A DNA stretch of 64,000 nt from sequence record MN642089.1, one strand, 5' to 3'. The DNA comes from Klebsiella phage N1M2. The notes below the pieces were generated by a model. It did no database searches. It was not told where the DNA came from and saw only the letters and a program-made list of their open reading frames with translations. Shown one piece after another: positions 48,901 to 57,426 of this stretch. The position numbers and the translations under genes are program-made. How positions within the stretch are numbered: position 1 is the first letter of the stretch; every line of letters begins with the position of its first letter.

Positions 48901-51864
48901 TATAACCCTAACAACTACGAGACAGAACCTAACGCTGGTGTTGTTCCATGTGGGTTCTTGAAGAATGGAACATTTACTCATTACGACCCGGAAGGTTGGA
49001 GAAACGCATTACTCCCAGTTATTGATAGTTTAAGAATGAACTTTTATGGTTATGGTTCATCCTTCCCTGCCTTTATGGGTATTTATGGTGAAGGTAAACC
49101 AATTAACCGTTTCTTCTTGAACATCAAAGGGACTAAGTTGAAATGGGATACTGCGCAAGGTAGAGTAATACCTCTCAGTGGTTCCAACTCAATTAAAATC
49201 AACGATCAAGTTGTTCAGCCAAATGGTAGTGGGATTTATACAATACCTAATAACTATACTGGCGTATTGAACATTGAGATTTCAGGTTTGCTGGAATTGA
49301 AATGGGCTAAAGGTATGGTTGAATTGGTTGACATTGGTTCTAGTGTTAACAAGTTGAACTTTAAAGGTTCTACTGACTTCACTATCACTAGTGAATTACC
49401 TGGAAACATCGTCGATTTGGATTATGTCTTCGAAGGCGCTACCGGCTCTACTTATCCAGGTATCGAGAAATGGAATACGCAATACGTTCTGAGTATGGAA
49501 GGGACGTTTAAGAATACCGCCAACTTCAATGCCCCATTAGACTCATGGAACGTTAGTGGTTGTAAATCCATGAAAGAGATGTTCATGGGAACTAAGAAAT
49601 TTAATCAACCTATCAATAGTTGGGACGTATCCAATGTGACCACAATGGAATCTATGTTTGAAAACGCCGTGCTTTTCAATCAACCATTGAATAATTGGAA
49701 GTGCGAAAAACTCACTACCGCATCTAAAATGTTCAAAGGGACGATTTCATTTGATGGGGACATGACAGGCTGGTTAACAAAAACCACTTCTGATCTATCA
49801 GAGATGTTTATGAATACCCAGGCATTCACTGGGAAAAGCATTACCAAGTGGTATGTCCAATTTGTAACCGATGTCTCTAGTATGTTCAAAGGTTCCCAAA
49901 AGTTCATGACTAGCGGAGATTTGAGTTATTGGAGATTGGCTAGATGTAGTAATTTTAGTCGGATGTTTGAAGATTCTACTTTCAATGCCGCCGTTAACGG
50001 ATGGGTTTTTGGAAAGTTGTCTGATTGTAGTTATATGTTTAGCGGAACAACTAATTTTAACCGCCCACTTACACAATGGGAATTTGATAACGTTAAAATA
50101 GCCAAAGGAATGTTCCAACAATCTAAAGCTTTCAATCAGGACCTGAAAGATATTTTCTGGGTAAATTGTATTTCATTTAACTCGATGTTTTATGCCTCTA
50201 AGTTTAATGCCTCGGTTTCCGGCTGGATGTTCGCTAGAGAACAAGACCCGGCATCAAAAACAGGAATAGATATGAACTATATGTTCGCATTTACTTCTGA
50301 CTTTATAGGGGATGGATTGGAAACATGGAACACTGAATACGTGACAAGCATGGAAGGTATGTTTAAAAATTGCAACATCTTGGATAAAGACTTATCCATG
50401 TGGGATGTTTCTAAAGTTAAAAACATGGCCTATATGTTTACAGCTTGTAAAGTTTATAACCAATCGGTTAATGACTGGGATGTGAGTAATCTCCTGTACG
50501 CACGCTACATGTTCTCGGAAACAACCCTTTACAACCAGCCTATGGATAAATGGACTACTTCGTCACTCCAGACCATCCAAGGTATGTTCCGTGGCACTAA
50601 GGCATTCAACCAAGATATATCCATGTGGGATACTTCTAAAATTCGTGATATGTCAGAAGCATTTATGAAAGCTGAGAAGTTCAACTACGACTTATCTAGC
50701 TGGAATACTGATTCTGTAACCACGATGCGTGGAATGTTTGAAACCACAGGTGCGTTTGGTACCGGTGATAATAAGTTCTCACTGAGTAAATGGAATACCA
50801 CACAGGTTAGAGACGCGGGTAGAATGTTTGCTGAAAGTAAATATAATGCCAGTGTTGAAGGGTGCTCATGGAGTACTTCTGCTGACCTGACTGGGATGTT
50901 CCAGAATAACCCAGTGTTCAACCAGCCACTTACTGGTTGGGTAGTTAATAACGTTAGATACGTTAAGAATATGTTCTATGGAGCCACTTCCTTTAATAGT
51001 TCTCTTGAAGGACTAAACTGGGAAAAATGTGAAGACTTCAGTTCCATGTTTGAAGGCTGTACTTCCTTCAACCAAGACTTGGGATCTTGGCAGTTTAACA
51101 AATGGTTAAATGGATCTATTCTTTCATCCAACATGTTTAAGAACTGTTTCGCTTTCAAAGGGACCGGTCTTGAAAAATGGGATGGGCTTAACTTCACTAA
51201 CGTCGCTGGAATGTTTAACGGTTGTACCAAGTTTGCAGCAGACATTAGTGGTTGGAAAATCACTCGTATCACCAACTTGGTTAGTACATTTGAAGGATGT
51301 GCTTCGTTTAACTGTGACCTCACTAATTGGGATGTTTCCAAAGTAACATTGTTGACTTCTACCTTTAAAGGTTGTTCAATGTTTAATGGTGATATCAGTA
51401 ATTGGAATACTGGTCTCGTTACAGATATGAACGGAACATTCATGGATTGTACCAACTTCAAAGGTGACATTAGCAAGTGGAATGTTAGAAACGTTATCAG
51501 ATTTGTTGATACGTTCAATACAGCATCTTCATTCGCTGGTGATCTGTCTGGTTGGGATGTAACTACTTCCATTAACTTCTCTGGTATGTTTAAAGCCGCT
51601 GTATCGTTTAACTCTAATATCGGTAGCTGGAATACTGGACGTGCTGTTAATATGAATGACATGTTCAATGGTGCTGTTAAATTCAACCAACCTATCGGTG
51701 GGTGGAACACAAGTATCACTACTGACATGATTTCTATGTTCAATGGTGCATTGGCGTTCAACCAAGACTTGAGTAAGTGGGATGTTAAACGTGTTAACAA
51801 ACACGCTGACTTCGCTACGAACACTCCTTCTTGGGTTGCTCCAAAACCAAACTTTGTAGTATAA
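45967..51864 (+). CDS. giant tail fibre / adhesin, 1965 aa, with C-terminal array of about 25-28 DUF285-like repeats
   Basis: RBS AGGAGA upstream. About the last 800 aa are 26-30-aa units of the form FNQPL..WDVSNVT.M..MF....FN. Confidence 0.85.
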   Translation: MFVDPDKPLPPAGAKVDTLGSVLEAIIEIGNAKAVSTGDAVEFEKRITEALQETDKVIDGFRQDATNKIKEHTDKEGAVHGETKETAGLGLKENWKMATPQEHLDGESQESFCNPLGLAALVKRYMSIDPTNYIRSRLMPIASGGQLGNVPQWPFNWREGEVVESPLSSMDYYTQTPWQFSTDQGVRLYPSMNGSDILTQKRPDVGRARRAVTPWGGTDVRIYNSTLDIRRTRPGVLRAESNIEPNNQLLKGSPHLFDRHSVFYIENQDVKVRAFNKIRLPFDTLKNDGAFAKNWDGIVESRESTIYNPVITMQRGNLGAGESIYLSINLDLYSFTEHGTAAKDGPGNPAETVATLGDKYDTINWLVGNKKFVIYNRPNGAGKGIFLDLRSILNFTPAQLDGFWVNADHSHELHVAFTWLNRLKGEFAIRVPLGFYSKDRKYYINYYMDLSFKSKELGDGKTATITIDSLRDIDTNIQTLNDNFQVEPDGRFVEYPADVTNDIFHPRIFDGIFESQGGHIKTYTYYNRQYVGYYQHNVGGTKEWIANGDEIKPKLIKYNYGQISTLNQDGLYGDHLRHIPLGVTGDTVNYLTLTRDWSNTYRWGIVNAELDNKPVMYSSADHAYGPWRNTLIWVNPNYTRVPDFLVVNEENSSNFDVNCMVFNTQNEFKGYAQFSYSTADSQSTIEGVDPVEIDDQILSYIATFGGGWTKNHRQMFYFQNRLYFFSQCLSIPEWPADDVDCYYGWISGAYIDVTDGVKTIKINGNLKDQTVAKPLKVNNKKSATNDWNSVFGRDRFDSTDTYLMLMNRNGNVSKYKLMVNLAPHNNFYFEFELVVDAGNGTTTLQPDPSAIDPVFPYDPAKGYAVDYEAVSAYGTLVPHHMHVNFQSPVMMKKSLWSYRKTPGVYGVFSMSGKTTIVNGGLMNAIEGTNIYPMGSLLTIGGGNTLVKIPVDAKDSFYPASDELFVRQNGTILELYGRNYNPNNYETEPNAGVVPCGFLKNGTFTHYDPEGWRNALLPVIDSLRMNFYGYGSSFPAFMGIYGEGKPINRFFLNIKGTKLKWDTAQGRVIPLSGSNSIKINDQVVQPNGSGIYTIPNNYTGVLNIEISGLLELKWAKGMVELVDIGSSVNKLNFKGSTDFTITSELPGNIVDLDYVFEGATGSTYPGIEKWNTQYVLSMEGTFKNTANFNAPLDSWNVSGCKSMKEMFMGTKKFNQPINSWDVSNVTTMESMFENAVLFNQPLNNWKCEKLTTASKMFKGTISFDGDMTGWLTKTTSDLSEMFMNTQAFTGKSITKWYVQFVTDVSSMFKGSQKFMTSGDLSYWRLARCSNFSRMFEDSTFNAAVNGWVFGKLSDCSYMFSGTTNFNRPLTQWEFDNVKIAKGMFQQSKAFNQDLKDIFWVNCISFNSMFYASKFNASVSGWMFAREQDPASKTGIDMNYMFAFTSDFIGDGLETWNTEYVTSMEGMFKNCNILDKDLSMWDVSKVKNMAYMFTACKVYNQSVNDWDVSNLLYARYMFSETTLYNQPMDKWTTSSLQTIQGMFRGTKAFNQDISMWDTSKIRDMSEAFMKAEKFNYDLSSWNTDSVTTMRGMFETTGAFGTGDNKFSLSKWNTTQVRDAGRMFAESKYNASVEGCSWSTSADLTGMFQNNPVFNQPLTGWVVNNVRYVKNMFYGATSFNSSLEGLNWEKCEDFSSMFEGCTSFNQDLGSWQFNKWLNGSILSSNMFKNCFAFKGTGLEKWDGLNFTNVAGMFNGCTKFAADISGWKITRITNLVSTFEGCASFNCDLTNWDVSKVTLLTSTFKGCSMFNGDISNWNTGLVTDMNGTFMDCTNFKGDISKWNVRNVIRFVDTFNTASSFAGDLSGWDVTTSINFSGMFKAAVSFNSNIGSWNTGRAVNMNDMFNGAVKFNQPIGGWNTSITTDMISMFNGALAFNQDLSKWDVKRVNKHADFATNTPSWVAPKPNFVV
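49440..51790 (+). repeat. protein-level tandem repeat array (DUF285/PF03382-like, W[DN][VT]S..T.M..MF)
   Basis: Repeats are visible in the translation of 45967-51864. They are degenerate at DNA level. Confidence 0.8.
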
Positions 51865-51873
51865 ACCATAAAC

Positions 51874-51910
51874 TCCCTACCCTTCCTTTCGGAGGGGTAG
51901 GGGTTATGTT
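51874..51910. terminator. bidirectional terminator
   Basis: tccctacccttcc-tttc-ggaggggtagggg (13 bp with GU pairs) followed by ttatgtttactttatt. Confidence 0.75.
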
Positions 51911-51914
51911 TACT

Positions 51915-52910
51915 TTATTGCGGTCCGGCAGAAGTATCACCACCAGATTTAACACCACCGTGTCTGTGACCAAGATAGGAAATCCCACCAATAGTCCAGT
52001 CACCTTCAGATGTACCAGTACCACCTTTCTGACTAAATCCACCATCAAGAGATTGATTACCTTTAATGGTGTAATTACCAGTCTGTTCGTAGTTACCGGT
52101 TTGCTTAGTGTTACCTTTGTGTGTGATGTCGCCTTCTATCATAATTGTTGGAGACTTCCAAGTAGTTGTCTGTGTTTCAATTGCGATAGAGTTATCAGCT
52201 TTGATCTTCAAATCTTTACACTGAAGATCTACATTGTTTTTGCCCTTTAACAACATACTGTCTTCACAGGACATTGTGATATTCTTTTTCTCAATATTCA
52301 AGAATGATTTTTCTTCATTGATAAATGAGAAGGCATGATCCATAGAGTTAATAGAAAGAATATTATTCTCACCATCCACTATACCAAATTGACCATTCCC
52401 TGTATCGAGAGAAAGACAATATGAAGTAGGTTCCCCATTACCTTGACCAGTAACTAACTGGATCATTTTTTTATGGGAAGATATCATGAATATGTAGTAG
52501 TTATCCGGTGTTACTGGGGTATTCGCATCAACATTGGGAGAAGAGGAAAATGCATAAATAACAGTTTCAAGTCTGAGGGTTCCGTCCATACCGAAATAAG
52601 TCCAACGGTATTTAGACTGACCCACAAACTTATAGACAACTACCTTACTACCATTTCTAACATCGGGTGCTGTCACACGGTTCGTATTCAAAGCCAACCA
52701 TGTCGCAGGAACTGTGTTAGAACTTAAAGTTGTACTGGAGCTGGTATCTCCTGTAGGTGTTCTGGTTGTTACGGTTTGTGTTTGGGTTTGGGTCGTGACC
52801 TCACCATCACCCTCAGGAAACATTGATGGGATATAAACTTGTATCTCATCAGTATTAGTTTCCTTATCCATAGCAACAATGCCGACACCCAGGCATTCTA
52901 ATACATTCAT
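51915..52910 (-). CDS. baseplate central spike protein (gpV/gp5-like), 331 aa
   Basis: C-terminus is Gly/Thr-rich beta-strand repeats ending LGHRHGGVKSGGDTSAGPQ. HxH near the tip resembles the iron-binding apex of P2 gpV-type spikes (DNA about 51950-51965). Confidence 0.5.
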   Translation of the reverse strand: MNVLECLGVGIVAMDKETNTDEIQVYIPSMFPEGDGEVTTQTQTQTVTTRTPTGDTSSSTTLSSNTVPATWLALNTNRVTAPDVRNGSKVVVYKFVGQSKYRWTYFGMDGTLRLETVIYAFSSSPNVDANTPVTPDNYYIFMISSHKKMIQLVTGQGNGEPTSYCLSLDTGNGQFGIVDGENNILSINSMDHAFSFINEEKSFLNIEKKNITMSCEDSMLLKGKNNVDLQCKDLKIKADNSIAIETQTTTWKSPTIMIEGDITHKGNTKQTGNYEQTGNYTIKGNQSLDGGFSQKGGTGTSEGDWTIGGISYLGHRHGGVKSGGDTSAGPQ

Positions 52911-52931
52911 ATTTGACCCTTTGAGGTTTCA

Positions 52932-55412
52932 ATGATTACTAAGCTAATTATTAAGAACAATGCGGCGTTATCTAAAAAGGGTGCAACGTACCTAGAGTTA
53001 GATACTAAAGATGTATTTAACATCATAGTGGGTAGAAACGGTTTTGGTAAAACCACCTTGATGGGTGAACTTACCATGCTTCCACCGGATAACGCAGATT
53101 ATTTACCAGGCGGTTATAAAGAAGTACATGCAGTAGTTGGTAAAGATACTTACATCGTTAAATCGACGACAGGTAAGTCCTCTGAACACTTCTTTATCCA
53201 TAATGGAAAAAACCTTAATGAAGGTAACACATTATTGGTTCAACGTGAATTAGTCAAGATTCACTTTGGTGTAACTCCGTTTATCAAGGACGTCATTACC
53301 GGTTTAGATGTGCGTAATCTATTCACCACATTATCAGCACCTAAGCGTAAAGATTTCTTAATGACAGTTAACCCAAATGACACCTCTTATGCTTTAAAGA
53401 TTCATGACAAGTTGAAGTCGAATCTTAATGCACTTAAAGGTGGGTTAAAAACTCAACGTCAGCGTTTAGCTGTTGAAGAAGGTCGTTTGGTACAACTGGC
53501 TTCTATGGATCCTGCAAAGCTCCAAGAAGAGATCAGGGTGATGGACGATCAGATTAAAAATGCTTTAATCATTCACGGTACTTTACAGAACGTTCAACGT
53601 AATGAGTTAACAGGACTTAAGAATGACATTGCAAATATCATTTCATTTTTAATGTCCTCTCATACTCAAGTTAAGCATTCCAAACCTACCTTACTAAAGT
53701 TAAAGATCCAATCAGAGTCCACGCTTGATTATTACAAAACTCGTGAAATCAAGTTAAGTTCTTTGTTGGGTGAATTAGCAAGTCAGTTATCTGGTTTGGA
53801 TTTGGCTAACAACAACCTGGAGACTTATCGTTCTCGCTTAGAACTGAATAACAGGGCTATTGAGATTAACAGGGAAGAACTTCATGCTTTAACACGCAAG
53901 TATGAAGAACATGAGCTGTTTAAGGGAGTCTATAACGATCCTGATTTCCAGGCTTCTGCTTCTGAGTTAGTTAACTATCTTCACGGTGTTAATAAGACCA
54001 ATGACCAGTCAATCACTTCTACGATTTACCAGTCTAAGCAGGAGAGAGCCAGAGAACTCGATAATGAACTTCAAGGGATTCGTCGTAAACTGTCAGATAT
54101 CCAACATCAGTTAGATCATTTTGAGAAAGCTGATTCAGTTGAGTGTCCTAAGTGTACAACTCGTTTCAAAGTTGGGATGGAGAAAGTTAATCCCCAACAA
54201 ATAAGAAATGAAGGAAACATCTTACAGGAACGTAAAGATGTGGTTGAGAAGGAACTGAAAGTTATTTCTGAATGGTTGGAAGATAACCAAGGTTGGTATG
54301 AGTCAATGGGATCTTTGACTCGTTATGCACGTCGTTTCTATAACCCACAGTTAATCATCAGCATGATTTCTGAGTATCGTATCGGTAAAGCTGATATTAG
54401 CATTCTTATCGATCTTATTCGGAGCACTGTGAATTATGGCGAGATCTCGAAAACACTTTCTGTCCTCGAAGAGGAAAATCAGAATGTCGAGAAGCAGATT
54501 AAATTTCTGGAGAGCAGTGATGTTGAAACATTGTTCAAAAGGGCACAGTTTGTGGAACGTGAGTTGGGCTCAGTCCAACGTTCGGTTCGCCGAGTGCTCA
54601 ATGAAATCAATGACTACGACATGCAACTCGATATCATCGAACTCGATGTCCAGAAAAGAGATCGACTTGGTTACCTGATTCAAGAACTGGAAGATAAGTT
54701 AATCGAGAACGGACAATGGCGTATTAAGGTAAGAGTAGAAGAGATCATCCAGGATTTAACCCCTCGTAAAGATCAGCTCATCTCTAACTTGATTCGTTCA
54801 GAATCGCTTAACTCAGTTATCGAATCTATCAAAGAAAATATCGCAGATATGGAACGCCGTGAAAAGCACACTGCTTTGTTACTCGATGGACTATCACCTG
54901 TTAAGGGATTGATTGGTTATTTGATGAATGACTTTCTTAAGTCAGTTGTTGCTAACGTCAACGCTATCATTCAACCTATCTGGACAAACCGTTTACACGT
55001 ACTCAACTGCTCCACCAGTAAAACAGAAGAAGATGTAGATTTAAATTACAGCTTCCCTGTACTTACTGGTTCATCTGATAAACCTAATAAGGATATTGGT
55101 AACTGTAGTGGCGGTGAACGTGAGATCATTAACTTTGCATTCCGTTTAGTCTTACACCGTTATCTTGGAAAACGAACTTGTCTTCCTTTGATGATGGATG
55201 AAGTGGGTGTTGCATTTGATGAACTTCACCGTGGGCGATTCAATGCATATATAGCCGAACAAATCAGACTGGATAAACTACCCCAGACATTTATGATTTC
55301 CCATAGTCATAAAGAGATCTGTTCAGCTGTTCAAACAGCAAACTTCATAGCCTTGAACACTGAAGGTTTGAGACTTGGTTTTGAAATGAACAAGAAGTCA
55401 GTTATTCGTTAA
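52932..55412 (+). CDS. SbcC/Rad50-like SMC-family ATPase, 826 aa, with central CxxC zinc hook
   Basis: N-terminal Walker A GRNGFGKTT (53022-53048). Long coiled-coil middle. CPKC zinc hook at the coiled-coil centre (54144-54155). C-terminal Walker B/D-loop LPLMMDEVGVAFDE (55188-55208) and H-loop-like MISHSH. Confidence 0.6.
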   Translation: MITKLIIKNNAALSKKGATYLELDTKDVFNIIVGRNGFGKTTLMGELTMLPPDNADYLPGGYKEVHAVVGKDTYIVKSTTGKSSEHFFIHNGKNLNEGNTLLVQRELVKIHFGVTPFIKDVITGLDVRNLFTTLSAPKRKDFLMTVNPNDTSYALKIHDKLKSNLNALKGGLKTQRQRLAVEEGRLVQLASMDPAKLQEEIRVMDDQIKNALIIHGTLQNVQRNELTGLKNDIANIISFLMSSHTQVKHSKPTLLKLKIQSESTLDYYKTREIKLSSLLGELASQLSGLDLANNNLETYRSRLELNNRAIEINREELHALTRKYEEHELFKGVYNDPDFQASASELVNYLHGVNKTNDQSITSTIYQSKQERARELDNELQGIRRKLSDIQHQLDHFEKADSVECPKCTTRFKVGMEKVNPQQIRNEGNILQERKDVVEKELKVISEWLEDNQGWYESMGSLTRYARRFYNPQLIISMISEYRIGKADISILIDLIRSTVNYGEISKTLSVLEEENQNVEKQIKFLESSDVETLFKRAQFVERELGSVQRSVRRVLNEINDYDMQLDIIELDVQKRDRLGYLIQELEDKLIENGQWRIKVRVEEIIQDLTPRKDQLISNLIRSESLNSVIESIKENIADMERREKHTALLLDGLSPVKGLIGYLMNDFLKSVVANVNAIIQPIWTNRLHVLNCSTSKTEEDVDLNYSFPVLTGSSDKPNKDIGNCSGGEREIINFAFRLVLHRYLGKRTCLPLMMDEVGVAFDELHRGRFNAYIAEQIRLDKLPQTFMISHSHKEICSAVQTANFIALNTEGLRLGFEMNKKSVIR

Positions 55413-55434
55413 CCCCGGAAACGGGGTTTTATTC
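55411..55434 (+). terminator. rho-independent terminator
   Basis: aaccccg-gaaa-cggggtt followed by ttatt. Confidence 0.6.
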
Positions 55435-55450
55435 ATTAAGGAATTTAATC

Positions 55451-56008
55451 ATGAAAAAGCTTTTCCCACTCGCCAATAAAGAAACTCGTTCTCTGTTCGT
55501 TCACCCATCCATTTGTCAGGCATGGGAAATTGGTAGCGAGCATGAAGGTTATGGCCCAGAGCACGAAACCAGTTTCCTGAAACCTGGATTGGTTCCTAAC
55601 CTGGCTAAGCTGTGTAAACCTGATAATGTTTACTTCACGGTAACCGAGGAACCTAATCCAGATACCATGACCATTGATGAACTCCTTATCGGGATCAAAG
55701 ATAAAGAAGGATTCTGGCATAATGTAACACTGTCCAACCTGGAAGTTAAGTTAGAACGTCTTAATGCAGCTCAGTGGGGCATTGATGGCGTTGTTTCTGT
55801 TCCAGTAGATGAAGACCTCACTTGCCGATATGATGGTACCTATATCCATTTGGGCGAAACCAAAGTTATCAACGTTCCTATCAAACTTCGTTATGACCGT
55901 GCTACTCGTGCTCTGTCTTTCTCCAGTCCTATCAGTTATGACGTCGAAGGAATGGAACTTTTAGGTATGGTTCTCGATATTGACTGGCGTGACGCTAAAT
56001 CAGTATAA
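55451..56008 (+). CDS. hypothetical protein, 185 aa
   Basis: RBS AAGGAA upstream. No phosphoesterase (Mre11/SbcD) motifs. Confidence 0.6.
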   Translation: MKKLFPLANKETRSLFVHPSICQAWEIGSEHEGYGPEHETSFLKPGLVPNLAKLCKPDNVYFTVTEEPNPDTMTIDELLIGIKDKEGFWHNVTLSNLEVKLERLNAAQWGIDGVVSVPVDEDLTCRYDGTYIHLGETKVINVPIKLRYDRATRALSFSSPISYDVEGMELLGMVLDIDWRDAKSV

Positions 56009-56017
56009 TACATGATA

Positions 56018-56065
56018 CCCCTCAGACTTCCTAGGTGAAAGCCTAAGAGGTCTGAGGGTTTGGTA
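56018..56065 (+). terminator. terminator hairpin
   Basis: cccctcagac...gtctgaggg outer stem with an inner imperfect helix, followed by tttggtaat. Confidence 0.55.
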
Positions 56066-56157
56066 ATATGATTTATTGTTTGTTTCAATACTTTGCTAAC
56101 ACACAGCGTATACGCCGTCTAACAACGGTTGTATAACTTTATTACTGTCACATATTT

Positions 56158-56190
56158 TCAGGCAGATATTATCATTATGTAAAAGTAAAA
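56158..56190 (+). promoter_or_regulatory. second copy of candidate promoter motif AGGCAGATATTATC-N3-TGTAAA
   Basis: TCAGGCAGATATTATCATTATGTAAAAGTAA lies 36 nt upstream of the ATG at 56226. 14/14 identity to 20086-20099, with TGTAAA at the same spacing. Confidence 0.45.
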
Positions 56191-56225
56191 CTTTTATTCT
56201 TTTTAACAACTTATAGGTAATAAAA

Positions 56226-57035
56226 ATGAACAGTAAGACCCAGACCAACCTAATGAGTATCTTTTTATTACTCATGTCACTTGTATGGATCTCCACTGTT
56301 TCGACTGCATATGCATCCGTCGGAGCTAATCCAAACGAGTACACTACCAAAATAGTGATGAAACGTTTTGATGGTTTGAAGGAGCATCTCTATGAAGCTT
56401 CTAAAGTAAGTGGGATGGATATGGCTGACTTAGTCGCTATATCGAGTATCGAATCCACCTTACGTACCAATACCCGTTCAAAGTTTTCAAGTGCATCCGG
56501 TGTAATGCAATACACCCGTTCAACTTGGAAACAAGATCGTAAGTTGTATGCTAAACAACTAGGTCTTTCAGAATCGGCTAATGTTTTAAATCCAAGAGCT
56601 AATCTCTTGATCGGTGCCACATCGCTAAACAACCTTAAGCAATTCCTCATAGAAAAATCACACTTGACCGACAAAACTGTCCGTGTAGGTGATCTTTATA
56701 TGAGCCATTTGGTTGGGGCCAACGGTGCACTAGCTGTTATTAACTCTAACAGCAACAAACCAATCAATAAGATCTTAAGAGTTACTAAAGGTAATTATTC
56801 CATGTACTACAAGCCGAATGGTCAGATTCGTACTGCCCGTGAATTCCGCTCTTATATGGATTACCTTGTAAAACGTGAACGCAGCTTCTATGAAAAAGAA
56901 GTAAGACGTTTCCAGATTGCCAAAGTAACTGCCCCTATTATTCGTCCGATCGAAGAAAACTTGTGGGGTAAGCAGTTAGCCATAGCTATCGCAAACACCA
57001 CTAAGTATGTCGGATATAACGATTTAAATAGTTAA
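56226..57035 (+). CDS. lytic transglycosylase (SLT domain) with N-terminal signal peptide or signal-anchor-release (SAR) segment, 269 aa; candidate endolysin
   Basis: N-terminus MNSKTQTNLMSIFLLLMSLVWISTVSTAYA|S has an AxA signal peptidase site. SLT catalytic-region pattern SIESTLRTNTRSKFSSASGVMQYT (E-S...GxMQ). Confidence 0.65.
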   Translation: MNSKTQTNLMSIFLLLMSLVWISTVSTAYASVGANPNEYTTKIVMKRFDGLKEHLYEASKVSGMDMADLVAISSIESTLRTNTRSKFSSASGVMQYTRSTWKQDRKLYAKQLGLSESANVLNPRANLLIGATSLNNLKQFLIEKSHLTDKTVRVGDLYMSHLVGANGALAVINSNSNKPINKILRVTKGNYSMYYKPNGQIRTAREFRSYMDYLVKRERSFYEKEVRRFQIAKVTAPIIRPIEENLWGKQLAIAIANTTKYVGYNDLNS

Positions 57036-57096
57036 TATCTACGCACGTGATGATGTTGTGATAGGAACAATAATTTTCACAACGAGAACAGTTCAC

Positions 57097-57360
57097 ATGA
57101 ATACTAAACAAATTCACTGTCTTTGTGATCAGCAACTTGTGCTGACACCTTCGATGGTTCAAGGTCCGAATAGCATTATCGTTAATGTCCAATACCAACA
57201 AACTCAAGCTTCTGGTAAAACAGCAGTTGTTAGTTGGGGTGGTGGAGTAAGAGCATTCATTACTTTTGATCCCACTGGCAATCAGGTGCTTAGTTACACT
57301 CTGGCTGTTCAGGACTACGCCACACAACAATCGATTGAAAACATCATCAGTGCACTTTAA
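57097..57360 (+). CDS. small hypothetical protein, about 87 aa (alternative GTG start 57058)
   Basis: ORF with 3 Cys. Start is ambiguous. Confidence 0.4.
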   Translation: MNTKQIHCLCDQQLVLTPSMVQGPNSIIVNVQYQQTQASGKTAVVSWGGGVRAFITFDPTGNQVLSYTLAVQDYATQQSIENIISAL

Positions 57361-57370
57361 TATGAAAACC

Positions 57371-57416
57371 TAACTAGGACTGGTTAACACCAGTCCTAGT
57401 TAACCTATGTTTATTT
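57371..57416 (+). terminator. rho-independent terminator
   Basis: taactaggactgg-ttaaca-ccagtcctagtta (13 bp, perfect) followed by acctatgtttattt. Confidence 0.8.
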
Positions 57417-57426
57417 GGAGAAACCA

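Noticed and set aside
50976-51869. 297-aa - strand ORF
   Set aside because: Antisense to the DUF285 repeat array of the giant fibre gene. Periodic sense-strand repeats create long open antisense frames.
55451-56008. Mre11/SbcD nuclease partner for the Rad50-like gene
   Set aside because: The 185-aa product lacks D-x-H / GD..D / GNHE phosphoesterase motifs and is too small.
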